DNA of 64,000 nt, taken from the NCBI GenBank assembly GCA_951406725.2, contig OX597822.1, forward strand, positions 32,860,001-32,924,000, given 5' to 3'. This document shows positions 14,081 through 25,470 of this stretch, piece after piece. Position 1 is the first letter of the stretch. Every line of letters starts with the position of its first letter. A program made the translations under genes and the position numbers. Below the pieces are notes generated by a model that saw only the letters and a program-made list of their open reading frames with translations, was not told where the DNA came from and searched no databases. This DNA is from Octopus vulgaris (taxonomy: Eukaryota).

Positions 14081-14121
14081 GTTTCTTTCCGACGAAGATC
14101 TATGCTCGAAACGTCAAGAAC
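14081..14121 (+). ncRNA. Minimal hammerhead-like motif (U4C core variant) in a PLE-terminus-like repeat
   Basis: gtttcttt-CCGACGA-a-GATCTATGCTC-GAAA-CG-TC-aagaac. A related repeat copy at 61788-61822 has the same CCGACGA core. Confidence 0.45.
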
Positions 14122-15167
14122 TCTCTCTTCTTACCGACCGTCAAACCAAAACATACCATGTGCACGTCCTCTTTGTTTGTTATTTTATTTTCATCATATA
14201 TATATATATATCTCATTTGATACAAGTGAATGGACAAATGAAACAAAGTGACAATCAACAAATTTAGTAGGAGATGCATTTATTATCTAAGAGCACCTTG
14301 ATTCAGTTCCATAATGCATAAAGTTCCTTAGGTTAGTAGAATGAAACTATATCGTCAAGCAACTACAGAAAAATAACGAGAAAGAAGAAAAATGCAAGAT
14401 GTCTGGCCACGTCAGGTGATATTACTGGTCTGAAAGCGACATCAGGTATTTTATTACTTCTTCGGCCCACTTGTTCGTACAGGATGTCGGTGGATAGCTA
14501 GCTGTTGCCGACATGACTAGAAATTGCGTTAAAGTATATTTAGCGACATCAGTTATTACATGTGAAACCACACCAGGGCTGCTTAACGCAGCAGATTTAC
14601 AAAAGTGGTTGGTGTAAGGTTAAAAGATTCTAAAGCCTTCTTCGTCAAACAATACACGAGCTGACAAATTCAAAATACAAACACAATTACAGAAACATAC
14701 AAGGAAACAAACACTTCTATATACAATTACATAAACTATAAAGCGAAAGAGCTAGCCACTCATCTAAATATACAGAATTATGTGAGCCGCCTCACCAGGT
14801 CTTTTACATATATCACGCTTAAAGAGCATAGACCTTAATATCCTCCTAACCATTAGTGTAGGATATACTTTAAGGGCGAATAACGGATCGTAATAAAGTG
14901 TAATCTCTATACTATCATTGAGATTTTAGAAACGCTGCGGAATCAACAAAGTTGATACTACAGCTTGAAAAATAAATCAGCCTGCTAGTTCGATACCGAA
15001 ATTCTTCCTCCTGAGGGTTTCAGATTTTGGTAGGCAGTTCCTCTATATCAGTGACTACGATATCAGAATCATCATCAGGCATGCTAGAAAATCAACCCTG
15101 GTTCACAATGATGCCTTCTGTCGAAGATACGTCCATCAGTTGGACGTATCCCTGGGACATACTACCA

Positions 15168-15210
<43 letters not shown>

Positions 15211-15501
15211 TTGATTCGATAAGCAGTGGTGTAATTTTACAATTCTGTAAACAATAATAATAATACTTTTATAAGCTTGGAGCTTATAAATATGTGTGTG
15301 TGTACACGCACACGTACATTCTATTTGAATCTGCATTCGTATTTATGTCATAGAAATATGACCAATCAGCGAATATAGAACAATGACATACATTGCTGAA
15401 TGAAAAAAACTAAATACTAGACAAATCCTGGTCAACTAAACCACTTGAAGCAGGCGTTCTAGTATGGCTGCTATCTAGTCACTAAAACCCGTAATGTATA
15501 T

Positions 15502-15536
<35 letters not shown>

Positions 15537-15564
15537 AATTAAATTAAATTTACTCCCTAATTTT

Positions 15565-15687
<123 letters not shown>

Positions 15688-15880
15688 GGAGTTTAATACA
15701 TTTAATCTGGCTCCCTGAAGCCTTCACTTGTAATAATATTTTAAAGCGTTGACTTCTGTCTACACGATCGCAAGGTTAATTTTAGTAGACATTCTAGTGG
15801 AGCCTTTTATTTGACTTGCTAAAGAAGTCTAATAAAACCGAAACGCGCCGGGTATTTTCTCCGTACTTGTTCAATTACAA

Positions 15881-17971
15881 TAGATTTTATTGAATTATTG
15901 CCAGTCCTTAATTTATTTTTTCTTTATTTTCACTGACTCTGATCTGCGAAGAACGAAAATAGATGCTGTGAATTATTGAATTTTTGTGCTATACCGTTTG
16001 CAATGTAACAACATTCTTACACCGTTATCTTAATTAGCTCATGAAGCTAATGTTATAATTTCTATTGACGAGTAATTATTTCTAATTAGGCCCATTATGC
16101 TCACTGTCAAGAATATGCTAGCTAACTAGATATTTTGCTTTGATCTTGTACTTAGTACTTGAACTTAGTTGTGTAAGATGTTATTGTCATCTTCAGTACT
16201 TGACCCTGCATAATTATTGTAAGAATTATGAATGATAGGCGCAGGAGTGACTGTTTTGGCAAGTAGCATGCTTACGAACCACATGGTTCCGGGTTCAGTC
16301 CCATCGCGTGGCATATTGGGCAAGTGTCTTCTACTAGTCTCGGGCCTACCGAATCCTTGTGAGTGGATTTGTTAGACGGAAACTGAAAGAAGCCCTTGTA
16401 TATATGTATACATATATATGTGTGTGTGTGTGTTTGTGTGTCTGTGTTTGCCTCCCCCTCCAATCGCTTGACAACCGATGCTGGAGTGATTACGTCCCCG
16501 TAACTTAGCGGTTTGGCAAAAAGAGACCGATAGAATAAGAACTAGGCTTACAAAGAATAAGTCCTGGGGTCGATTTTCTCGACTAAAGGCGGTGCTCCAG
16601 CATGGCCACAGTCACATGACTAAAACAAGTAAAAGAGTAAATACATATATATATATATATATATATGTATAGATAGATAGATAGATAGATAGATATGTAT
16701 ATATATATATTTGTGTATGCGTTTGTGTGTCTGTTATTACCCGAACACCGCTTGGTGTGTTTACGTCCCCGTAACTTAGCGGTTCGGCAAAAGAGATCTA
16801 TAGAATAAGTACTAGTCAATAAAGAATAAGTCCTGGGGTCGTTTTCTTCGACTAAAGGCAGTGCTCCAGCATGGCCGCAGTCAAATGACTGAAACAAGTA
16901 AAAGAATAAAAGATAATTCCACTTCGTTGAGGAGTTCTACTGGAACAAAAGAATGCTTGGATTTTGTTTTTTTTTATTTGCTGAAATGAATAAAATTACG
17001 CTAGCGTTTTTGAGCTAACAGTGTATCTTTCTTCGTTGCGAGATCTTTAATGGATTCAATTAAGTCTACTAAGAATCTATTTCTTCATAATCACTACATT
17101 AAATGTTAACACTAGCTTAGTCTCAATAAGGAGTGGAATATTTGATCTTTACTCTGCTTGCACAGACATTTGACAGATAAGAACGCAGCTTAACTAGATT
17201 TAAATTCTGAATATTAAAGAAAACAAACTTCTGTAGTCCGTTTATTCTGGTACTTTATAGCAGCCAGTTCTAGTTAAATCATGTGGTATTAATAATATTA
17301 AAGCTTTCAGACCGCTTTATAACATACACCCGCAGACATGATCAATTCATTTTAATGGAATATTAATGTGTGCACTAACCAAACGATAATTTATTACGGC
17401 GAACCAAGGTCATCTATGAAATATTTCAGCTGCATCATTATATATTTAAATATTTCTTCAGATTAATCAGAATATTTTAAAAGGCCTATAATTTTAAAAG
17501 TGACGTTAAACTGATTAAAAAACCAAATAACTCGCAACAAATTATATATTCCATGTTATATTTCACATTTAACATTGTTGCTGTCTGAAAATTTAGGAAA
17601 CGAAATCAGCTTCAAAATTCGTATATACTTTTCTATGGAAGTCAAATATATCGTTATAAATAACAATATTTATTGGTGTATAACGATAGCTTGCGTAAAT
17701 ATCCAGTGACGAGAATTCTAATTATCTCATCCAAGTATAGAATGCTTTGCATTCAAGGTTTCAAAGAAACGCGCTTTTTGACTGCTTCCAGAATTAAAAC
17801 CTTAAGACTAACAGATAATTAAGATAACGGTGGAAGGCCGGTGTTATATTGCAAACGGTAGAACACAAAAATTCAATACTTCGCAGCATCTATTTTCGTT
17901 CTTCGCAGATCAGAGTCAGTGAAAATAAAGAAAAAATAAATTAAGAACTGGCAATAATTCAATAAAATCTA
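15881..17971. mobile_element. Probable TIR element with ~155-bp inverted termini, containing nested SINEs
   Basis: 15881-16036 (TAGATTTTATTGAATTATTGCCAG...CACCGTTATCTTAATTA) is the near-exact reverse complement of 17817-17971. TA at both outer ends. Confidence 0.65.
16237..16915 (+). mobile_element. tRNA-type SINE family B with internal microsatellite, followed by a second 3' portion
   Basis: AGGCGCAGGAGTGACTG...CACATGGTTCCGGGTTCAGTCCCA...GGAAACTGAAAGAAGCCC(TA/TG)n...GGTGCTCCAGCATGGCC...AAACAAGTAAAAGA. Same family at 34921-35340. Confidence 0.8.
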
Positions 17972-18098
17972 ACATTTCCCTTAACAAATAAAGATTTGTG
18001 CCTTGGAGAAAATAATCTCTATTTTCGATAATTATATATGCATGTGTGTGTGTATGCGTGCAATTATTTAGCAATATATGTATGCGTATATATTTATG

Positions 18099-18151
<53 letters not shown>

Positions 18152-18580
18152 TAGAAAATTGTGTGTGTGTATGTTATATTTGTTTCTGATCTAGGCACTC
18201 AACCAAGAAGTTTTGAGGGATGCGGGTTAGTGAAAACTACCGACTCCAGTAGTTGACTGGTATCTTATAGACATGGACATGATTTGAACTCACAGAGTAA
18301 AGAATTGAAAGAAATACCACTAGACATTGTTTTCTGACAGCCTGTCGATTCTGTCAATCCATGGCCTTTGTAATAGTTAGGATAATTTTGAGACAATGCA
18401 AAAATTTTAGAGGAATTGGACAGTCGATTACAACGACATCAGAGTTAATTATCTTAACGACTTCAAGAAGATGAAAGGCGAAATTAACTTCACCGGAATT
18501 TGAACGTAAACAATGTGATATGTAGAAATATTCATTATTTCTAATTCTCTTTAAGGGAGACTACGGCAGCGGTACTGGAT

Positions 18581-18958
18581 ATTAATAGTTATCGCCAAGC
18601 TAACATGGCAGCCCAGAAAAATAGGACGAATGCTGCCGTTGATTAGCTTCAAGAGGCTATTGCTTCTGACTAGCTATGTGATACACAAACATGTGTCCAT
18701 TATAACCTTCTATCAAGGGGAGCGACGCCTGCTGGGTTCGGCTACTCTACACTGATTAGAGGCAACCACCTCGAAAGTAGTCTGTGGTAGCCAGACCAGT
18801 AAGATGAAGCTGCTGACCTCCCTTGTTCGAAGGTTATAATGGACACAGGTTTGTGTGTCACATAGCCAGCTAGAGGCGATGGCCTCTTGGAGCTAATCAA
18901 CGGCAGCATTCGTCCTATATTTCTGGACTACCATGTTAGCTTGGCGATAACTATTAAT
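18581..18958. repeat. Foldback (~140-bp inverted arms) with a hammerhead in the central region; PLE-derived insert
   Basis: Left ATTAATAGTTATCGCCAAGCTAACATGG...CCATTATAACCTTC pairs with right GAAGGTTATAATGG...CCATGTTAGCTTGGCGATAACTATTAAT. Confidence 0.9.
18740..18792 (+). ncRNA. Minimal type I hammerhead ribozyme, G8U variant (probably inactivated)
   Basis: Stem I ggctac-tc-taca / tgtg-gtagcc; core CTGATTA (18752-18758; canonical CUGANGA); stem II GAGG/CCTC; GAAA; loop III GTAG; TC cleavage site. Confidence 0.7.
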
Positions 18959-18975
18959 GTGATATGCATTCAAAC

Positions 18976-19539
18976 ATGTTTGAATGTATATTATATAGTC
19001 TATTGACTATTTTTCTTTCTCACTTGACCGCTGGTAGCGGAGAATTTTTCTAGAATTTTTTGCTACCCTAAAATTTATTAATTAATGATTTTTTGGCTAA
19101 TTTTGAAATTAATTCGGCAGTTTATATTTACTGCTGAGTAAACCGTTCGAGCGTGGTGGATTTTGAAAATTCATAGCATATAGACTCGAGGCATGTTTAT
19201 CATCGCCTCGTGGATATATGTTAGTCCTTGGCTTTTCTGCTGACGAGGCAACGCCAGTGGTAAATAAATAAATTTATTTACAAAAGATTGCCGAAACTAT
19301 GCATAGTCCAGAAAGAAGAGGGTAAACGTTTTTATTTCTCTTTCCATTTCAAAATTACAACTATTAGTGGTTTGGAGTTCGGCTGCTCTTTCTAGTGAGA
19401 CGGATGTCCTATTATGGCCATCCCTTATATGTTTGAATGTATATTATATAGTCTATTGACTATCTTTCTTTCTCACTTGACCGCTGGTAGCGGAGAATTT
19501 TTCTAGAATTTTTTGCTACCCTAAAATGTATTAATTATT
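18976..19539 (+). mobile_element. Non-coding hammerhead-bearing retroelement (retrozyme / non-autonomous PLE) with ~110-bp terminal direct repeat, period 453 bp
   Basis: 18976-19084 is nearly identical to 19429-19538. Canonical hammerhead in the unique part, no ORF. Target AATGTGATATG on both sides (18956, 19540). A 20-bp palindrome CATTCAAACA|TGTTTGAATG sits at the 5' junction. Confidence 0.8.
19232..19315 (+). ncRNA. Canonical type I hammerhead ribozyme
   Basis: Stem I TTTTCTG/CAGAAAG; core CTGACGA (19240-19246); stem II GGCAA/TTGCC, whose loop contains the hairpin GTAAATAAAT-AA-ATTTATTTAC; GAAA (19293-19296); palindromic stem III CTATGCATAG; GUC triplet with predicted cleavage after 19308. 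Confidence 0.88.
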
Positions 19540-19830
19540 AATGTGATATGTATACAACCGGAAAAAAGGCTCTTACGAATTTTGTCCGACGCTCTAACGA
19601 TGCTGACAATTTGTCACTCAATAGTAATGATAATGGTTTCAAATTTTGGTACAACGCCAGCAATTTGGTGAGGGCGTATGTCAATTACATCGACCCCAGC
19701 ACTCAACTGGCACTTATTTTATGCAACACAAAAGGATGAAAGGGTAAGCTGATCTCGACTGAATTCGAACTCAGAACGTAAAGACGGACGAAGTACCATA
19801 AAGCATGTTGCCTGATATGCTAACGATTCT

Positions 19831-20791
19831 TATTTCGTTATTGCCCACAAGGGGCTAAACACAGAGGGGACAAACAAGGACAGACAAACGGATTAACTCG
19901 ATTACATCGACCCAGTGCATAACTGGTACTTAATTTATCGACCCCGAAAGGATGAAAGGCAACGATGACATCGGCGGAATTTGAACTCAGATCGTAAAGA
20001 CAAACGGAATACATATTTCTTTACTACCCACAAGGGGCTAAATACAGAGAGGACAACCCAGGAGAGACAAACGGATTAAGTCGATTACATCTACCCGAGT
20101 GCGTAAATGGTACTTAATTTATCGACCCCGAAACGATGAGAGGCAAAGTCGACCTCGGCCTAATTTGAACTCAGAACGTAACGGCAGACGAAATACCTAT
20201 TTCTTTACTACCCACAAGGGGATAAACACAGAGGGGACAAACAAGGACAGACAAACGGATTAAGTCGATTACATCGACCCCAGTACGTAACTGGTACTTA
20301 ATTTATCGACCCCTAAAGGATGAAAAGCAAAGTCGACCTCGGCAGAATTTTAACTCAGAACATAATGTCAGACGAAATACCTATTTCTTTATTACCCACA
20401 AGGGGCTAAACACAGAGGGGACAAACAAGGACAGACATAGGTATTAAGTCGATTACATCGACCCCAGTGCGTAACTGGTACTTACTTTATCGACCCCGAA
20501 AGGATGAAAGGCAAAGTCGACCTCGGCGGAATTTGAACTCACAACGTAACGCAGACGAAATACCTATTTCTGTATTACCCACAAAGGGCTAAACACAGAG
20601 AGGACGAACAAGAACAGACACACAGATTAAGTTGATTACATCGACCCCAGTGCGTAACTGGTACTTAATTTATCGACCCCGAAAGGATGAAAGGCAAAGT
20701 CGACCTCGGCGGAATTTGAACTCACAACTTAATGCAGACGAAATACCGCTAAGCATTTCGCCCAGCCTGCTAACGATTCAGCTAGCTCCCC
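19831..20791 (-). repeat. Tandem array of SINE family A: one headed copy plus four 5'-truncated ~184-bp units
   Basis: Unit boundaries (TATTTC) at 19831, 20014, 20198, 20382 and 20565. Only the last copy extends into the head (...GCTAAGCATTTCGCCC...GCTAGCTCCCC). Confidence 0.92.
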
Positions 20792-21149
20792 TGTACGTAA
20801 CTCCTAACCGTCAAAAGTATTGACTTTTGTTATTGAATTTGACAATATATCGACAGCATGTCTGTCTTCCCTGGGTTCAAAATGAAAAATATAAACTAAG
20901 CAAAAATACAGAAATTCGAAATTCGAACTACAGTATCCTGCGTTAGTATCTAGACAAAACATCATTAATTTTCGCTTGTTCATAAGTTGCAACAAGGAAG
21001 GAAGGTAACAAATAAAAGAAAAGAGAAAGCAAGAAAGATAACTCCTTATCAATTTTTTTTTTTTTTTGTAAATGTTATGTCAATTTTCTAACATTTTATC
21101 TATTCTGCCAGGACGGGACGCTAGAAATTCACAAATATATTCAAACTAC

Positions 21150-21650
21150 AAATATATGTATCCTCATGTTTTGAGGACTGAACGTGTAGTGGTGTCAGAA
21201 TATTTTCTTTCGATCTCTACTTTCAGGCGTCCCTCAAATTTACAGCCGTTTAATATGAATTGTTCGGTGAGGTCCGTCGAAATACTGTTATTGTGTCTGA
21301 CGTCATACCTGTGCCCGTTGAACCTTTTATCTAAGTTTTCTGTTGTGAAACGATTAAATTGTGTTCAGTGCATTCTATTGGACACACCAAATGGGAATCC
21401 TTACAGGACACTCCTTCTATATCAATATTATCACCTCTGTTTATAATCTTTGATGGGGTTGAGACATGTTGATGCCCAATTAACAGGGCTTACCTCTTTC
21501 CCAGCTGTTTCTAGGGGTATAGAGTTCAGAAACTCTAATGGGCTTCGTATTACGACTAGAGTTACTGATTAATAGTTCTTGCATATACTTTTCTTACGTC
21601 GTCTAAAGGCCGCAGTATTCGAATAATGAAGGATTTGTTTGAAAAACGGA
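21150..21650 (-). mobile_element. Decayed Penelope-like GIY-YIG endonuclease fragment
   Basis: Minus-strand translation: VSCKDSHLVCPIECTEHNLI, frameshift, then TTENLDKRFNGHRYDVRHNNSISTDLTEQF. Resembles PLE EN C.S..VVY.I.C..C...YVG.T...L..RF..HR. Confidence 0.65.
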
Positions 21651-21883
21651 TATCTTTCTATTTTTTCTTTCTTCTGTTTCTTTTTTTCTTGTTAGCGGTA
21701 ATGAACAAGTGAAAATTTATAACGTTTTGTTGAGAAAGAAACATGAAATTCCAGTTCAAATTTCGAATTTCTGAATTTCTGAGTATTGTCATTTTACCTT
21801 TTGAACCCAAACACCGCTAAATTCAATAAATAGGGCCTATCTCTATAATATATCGTACGTAACGTATCCGCTCTTTTTATTGT

Positions 21884-21884
<1 letters not shown>

Positions 21885-21920
<36 letters not shown>

Positions 21921-22057
21921 AAATGATAATGATAATAATAATAATGATGATAATAATAATAATAATAATAATAATAATTATAATAATAATAATAATAATA
22001 ATGATAATAGTAATAATAATAGTAATAATAATGATAATAGCAATAATAATAGTAATA

Positions 22058-22089
<32 letters not shown>

Positions 22090-22132
22090 GATGATGATAA
22101 TAATAATGATAATAATAATAATAATGATGATG

Positions 22133-22169
<37 letters not shown>

Positions 22170-22178
22170 TGATGATGA
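21885..22178. repeat. (TAA/TGA)n trinucleotide microsatellite
   Basis: Direct inspection. Confidence 0.95.
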
Positions 22179-22981
22179 TCCTTTCTACTATAGGCACAGG
22201 GTTTGAACTTTTAGAGCATGAAGCTAGTCGATTACACTGACACTAGTATTCAGCAGGTACTTTATCTTATCGATCTCGAAAAGATGAAATGTAAAGGATA
22301 TCTCACTGTCTTAATAAGAAGAATTTGTCAGTTTCGAAGTCATATCAGTAGTATTGTGTTGCAAAAACAAAAAAGTTTCTGATATTATCGAATTCAAGTC
22401 CTTGGTGTCCGATTACCCAATAGATTCTGAAAACAAACCCAGTTTTTTTACACAAATTTGGCACAATTTTTTATACATATATCACACGTCAATGCAGTTC
22501 TTCGTTAAAATTACACATATCTATATCAACAACTCTTATAAAACAAAAACGGTATCAAATTTGCAGACGTCTATAAATACAAGTATTTATTTAATGAAAT
22601 ATGTAACTTGGTTGGATTTAATATCTTACTTGAAGAAATACATACCCGCAGAATTGTTTTCACTTTTACCAATGGTTACCTTTAGGTCTGAGATTATGGC
22701 AGTTGGAATGGAATCAAAATTCTTCTTCTATCCTCGAATATTTTAATTGATAATTATTTACGAGATAATTTTGATAACAGTCTGTCCAAAGTGATAATTA
22801 TTTAATATGTATCCCCAAGCTAAAGTGTCAGCATTTCCATAAAGCTTAGCTTACATATATATGGTTCTCAGTAATTTGTACTTACTGCTATTTACTGAAA
22901 AATACATAATGCATTATCCAAATACCTCTGGATGAAATATGCTAAGTATACGAAACATAACTTTATATATATATATATATA

Positions 22982-23309
22982 TGGAAGCACTCCGTCGGTT
23001 ACGACGACGAGGGTTCCGGTTGATCCGAATCAACGGAACATCCTACTCGTGAAATTAACGTGTAAGTGGCTGAGCACTCCACAGGCACGTGTACCCTTAA
23101 CATAGTTCTCGGGGATATTCAGGGTGACACAGAGAGTGACAAGGCTGGCCCTTTGAAATACAGGTACAACAGAAACAGGAAGTAAGAGTGAGAGGAAGTT
23201 GTGGTGAAAGAGTACAGCAGGGATCACCACCATCCCCTGCCGGAGCTTCGTGGAGCTTTAGGTGTTTTCGCTCAATAAACACTCACAACGCCCGGCCTGG
23301 GAATCGAAA

Positions 23310-23312
<3 letters not shown>
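22982..23312 (-). mobile_element. tRNA-type SINE family C
   Basis: Shares GGTGTTTTCGCTCAATAAACACTCACAACGCCCGG..GGGAATCGAAAC with the reverse complement of 37091-37393 and with 50580-50695. Confidence 0.75.
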
Positions 23313-23347
<35 letters not shown>

Positions 23348-23738
23348 CAAACTTTATGCGCACCATTCAAAAGTTTTCATGAAGTTATTCTGTTTTATTC
23401 GATTTTTGAAGCGATTTTCTCAAATTAGTTGAGTGTTAAAGGTAATTTTAATTTTAGCATAAGACTTCATATTCGTATACAAAACGCTATCTAATTTCAC
23501 TGAAGTAAACTCTGAAATGTTATTTTTCTTTTGAGCACCAAAGCATTGTGGATATTATTTGTCGAATGAAATATGTAAGGAATCACGTTGAAAAACCCTT
23601 TCCTTTCTAGAATTCTAATAATTTAATTTTTCTTCCGCTTTATCTTGACCGGCTTTTAATGTCTTTAGCGGAATGTACTCATGGACATGTATACAGAGTA
23701 GATGACTGCATCCCCACTACTAATCATACCTAATGCGC

Positions 23739-23829
<91 letters not shown>

Positions 23830-24049
23830 CATTATTTTTAAGGCTGCGAACTGGCAGAGTCGTTAACACGCCGGGAAAAATGCTTAGCGACGATTCGTCC
23901 ATCACTTCGTCCTGAGTTCAAATTCCGCTGAGGTTGACTTTGCTTTTCATCCTGTTGGGGTCAATAAGATAAATACCAGTCCGGCACTGGGGTCGAAGTA
24001 ATCTTCTAGTTTCCTCCCATCAAATGTGAGGCCTTGTGCCCATAATAGA

Positions 24050-24093
<44 letters not shown>

Positions 24094-24759
24094 TCATTGG
24101 TAGGATACATAGTACACCATGCAAAATACATGGCGGTATTTCGCCCGTCTTTACGTTCTGAGTTCTAATTCTCCCGAGGTTGACTTTGCCTTGCTTCATT
24201 TCGGGGTCGATGAATTGAACACCAGTGAAATACTGAGGTCGATGTGATCGACTTACCCACTCCCTACCAACTTCAGGCCTCGTGCCTATAGTAGAGAGGA
24301 TTATTATCATTACTAAAACAGATAACTAATACCGAATTTGGGCCAAAGCGTGACCCATAACATCAGTAATCAATGAACTTTCAAACAAATCAGGAACCCC
24401 TCAATAGACAAACAAAGCAAGTGCTATCTGTTTGTCTCTATACATTTAATGAGATAGAAATTTAATCCCCAAACATTGTAAATACATAGAATAATAACAT
24501 AAATCATAATAAAAACAATAATAACCACGCTGAAGTGCGCATGGGCAGCGGAAAACAATATCTATGTAAAAGCAAAAGCTAATATTTAAATATGGTGTAG
24601 GAAAAGGCTAAACTTTATGAAATCAAACTAATCGATGTGTTTGTTTTGATAGTTTGATAGATAGCTTCAATTTAAATAGATAGATAGTTTTCCCCCAGAC
24701 ACTTGTATTTGCGATTCTGTACATGGGTCTGTACGCCTCTACATGCGTATGTCTATGTG

Positions 24760-24911
24760 TGTGTGCATGTGTATGTATATGTATATGTGTAATGTTATGC
24801 ATATATACATTCATGTATGTATCTATGTGTACATATATATATATATATATGTATACATACATATATATATATGCATATATATATATATGCATATATACAT
24901 ATATATATATA

Positions 24912-24955
<44 letters not shown>

Positions 24956-25283
24956 TGTGTATATATATATATATAAAACGATAGAGAGACAAGCATACTT
25001 ATCGATATTAAGGTGTAGATACAAATAAATTAGTACACGTATACTATAATGTGATATGTCTAATCGTGTGGTGTTGTGTTTGAGTGCGTGTAAGTTTTTA
25101 TAAATGTATGTGTTTATGAGTAAGTGTGTTTATGTGTGTACATGTCTGTATGTATGAGTATACATATATACACGAGCTAACACACACTTGAACACAAGTG
25201 TATGTATATATGCCTGTTTGATATATATATATATATATATATATACTTATACATACATACATACATATATATATATATATGTA

Positions 25284-25320
<37 letters not shown>

Positions 25321-25330
25321 TTATACATAC

Positions 25331-25417
<87 letters not shown>

Positions 25418-25418
25418 C

Positions 25419-25470
<52 letters not shown>
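24760..25470. repeat. Compound (TA)n/(TG)n microsatellite block
   Basis: Direct inspection. Confidence 0.9.

Noticed and set aside
19831-20791. Tandem array as a CRISPR array or hammerhead retrozyme
   Set aside because: No unique spacers, and no CUGANGA...GAAA core found in the unit; the units are SINE bodies.
21877-22240. Poly-N/I/M ORFs (also at 33.1-33.5, 43.3-44.3 and 48.7-49.0 kb)
   Set aside because: Trinucleotide microsatellite artefacts.
22354-22800. 130-aa plus-strand ORF, and a possible minus-strand exon ending at a GTATGT donor (~22645)
   Set aside because: No recognisable domain; the minus-strand reading needs a frameshift and has a weak acceptor.
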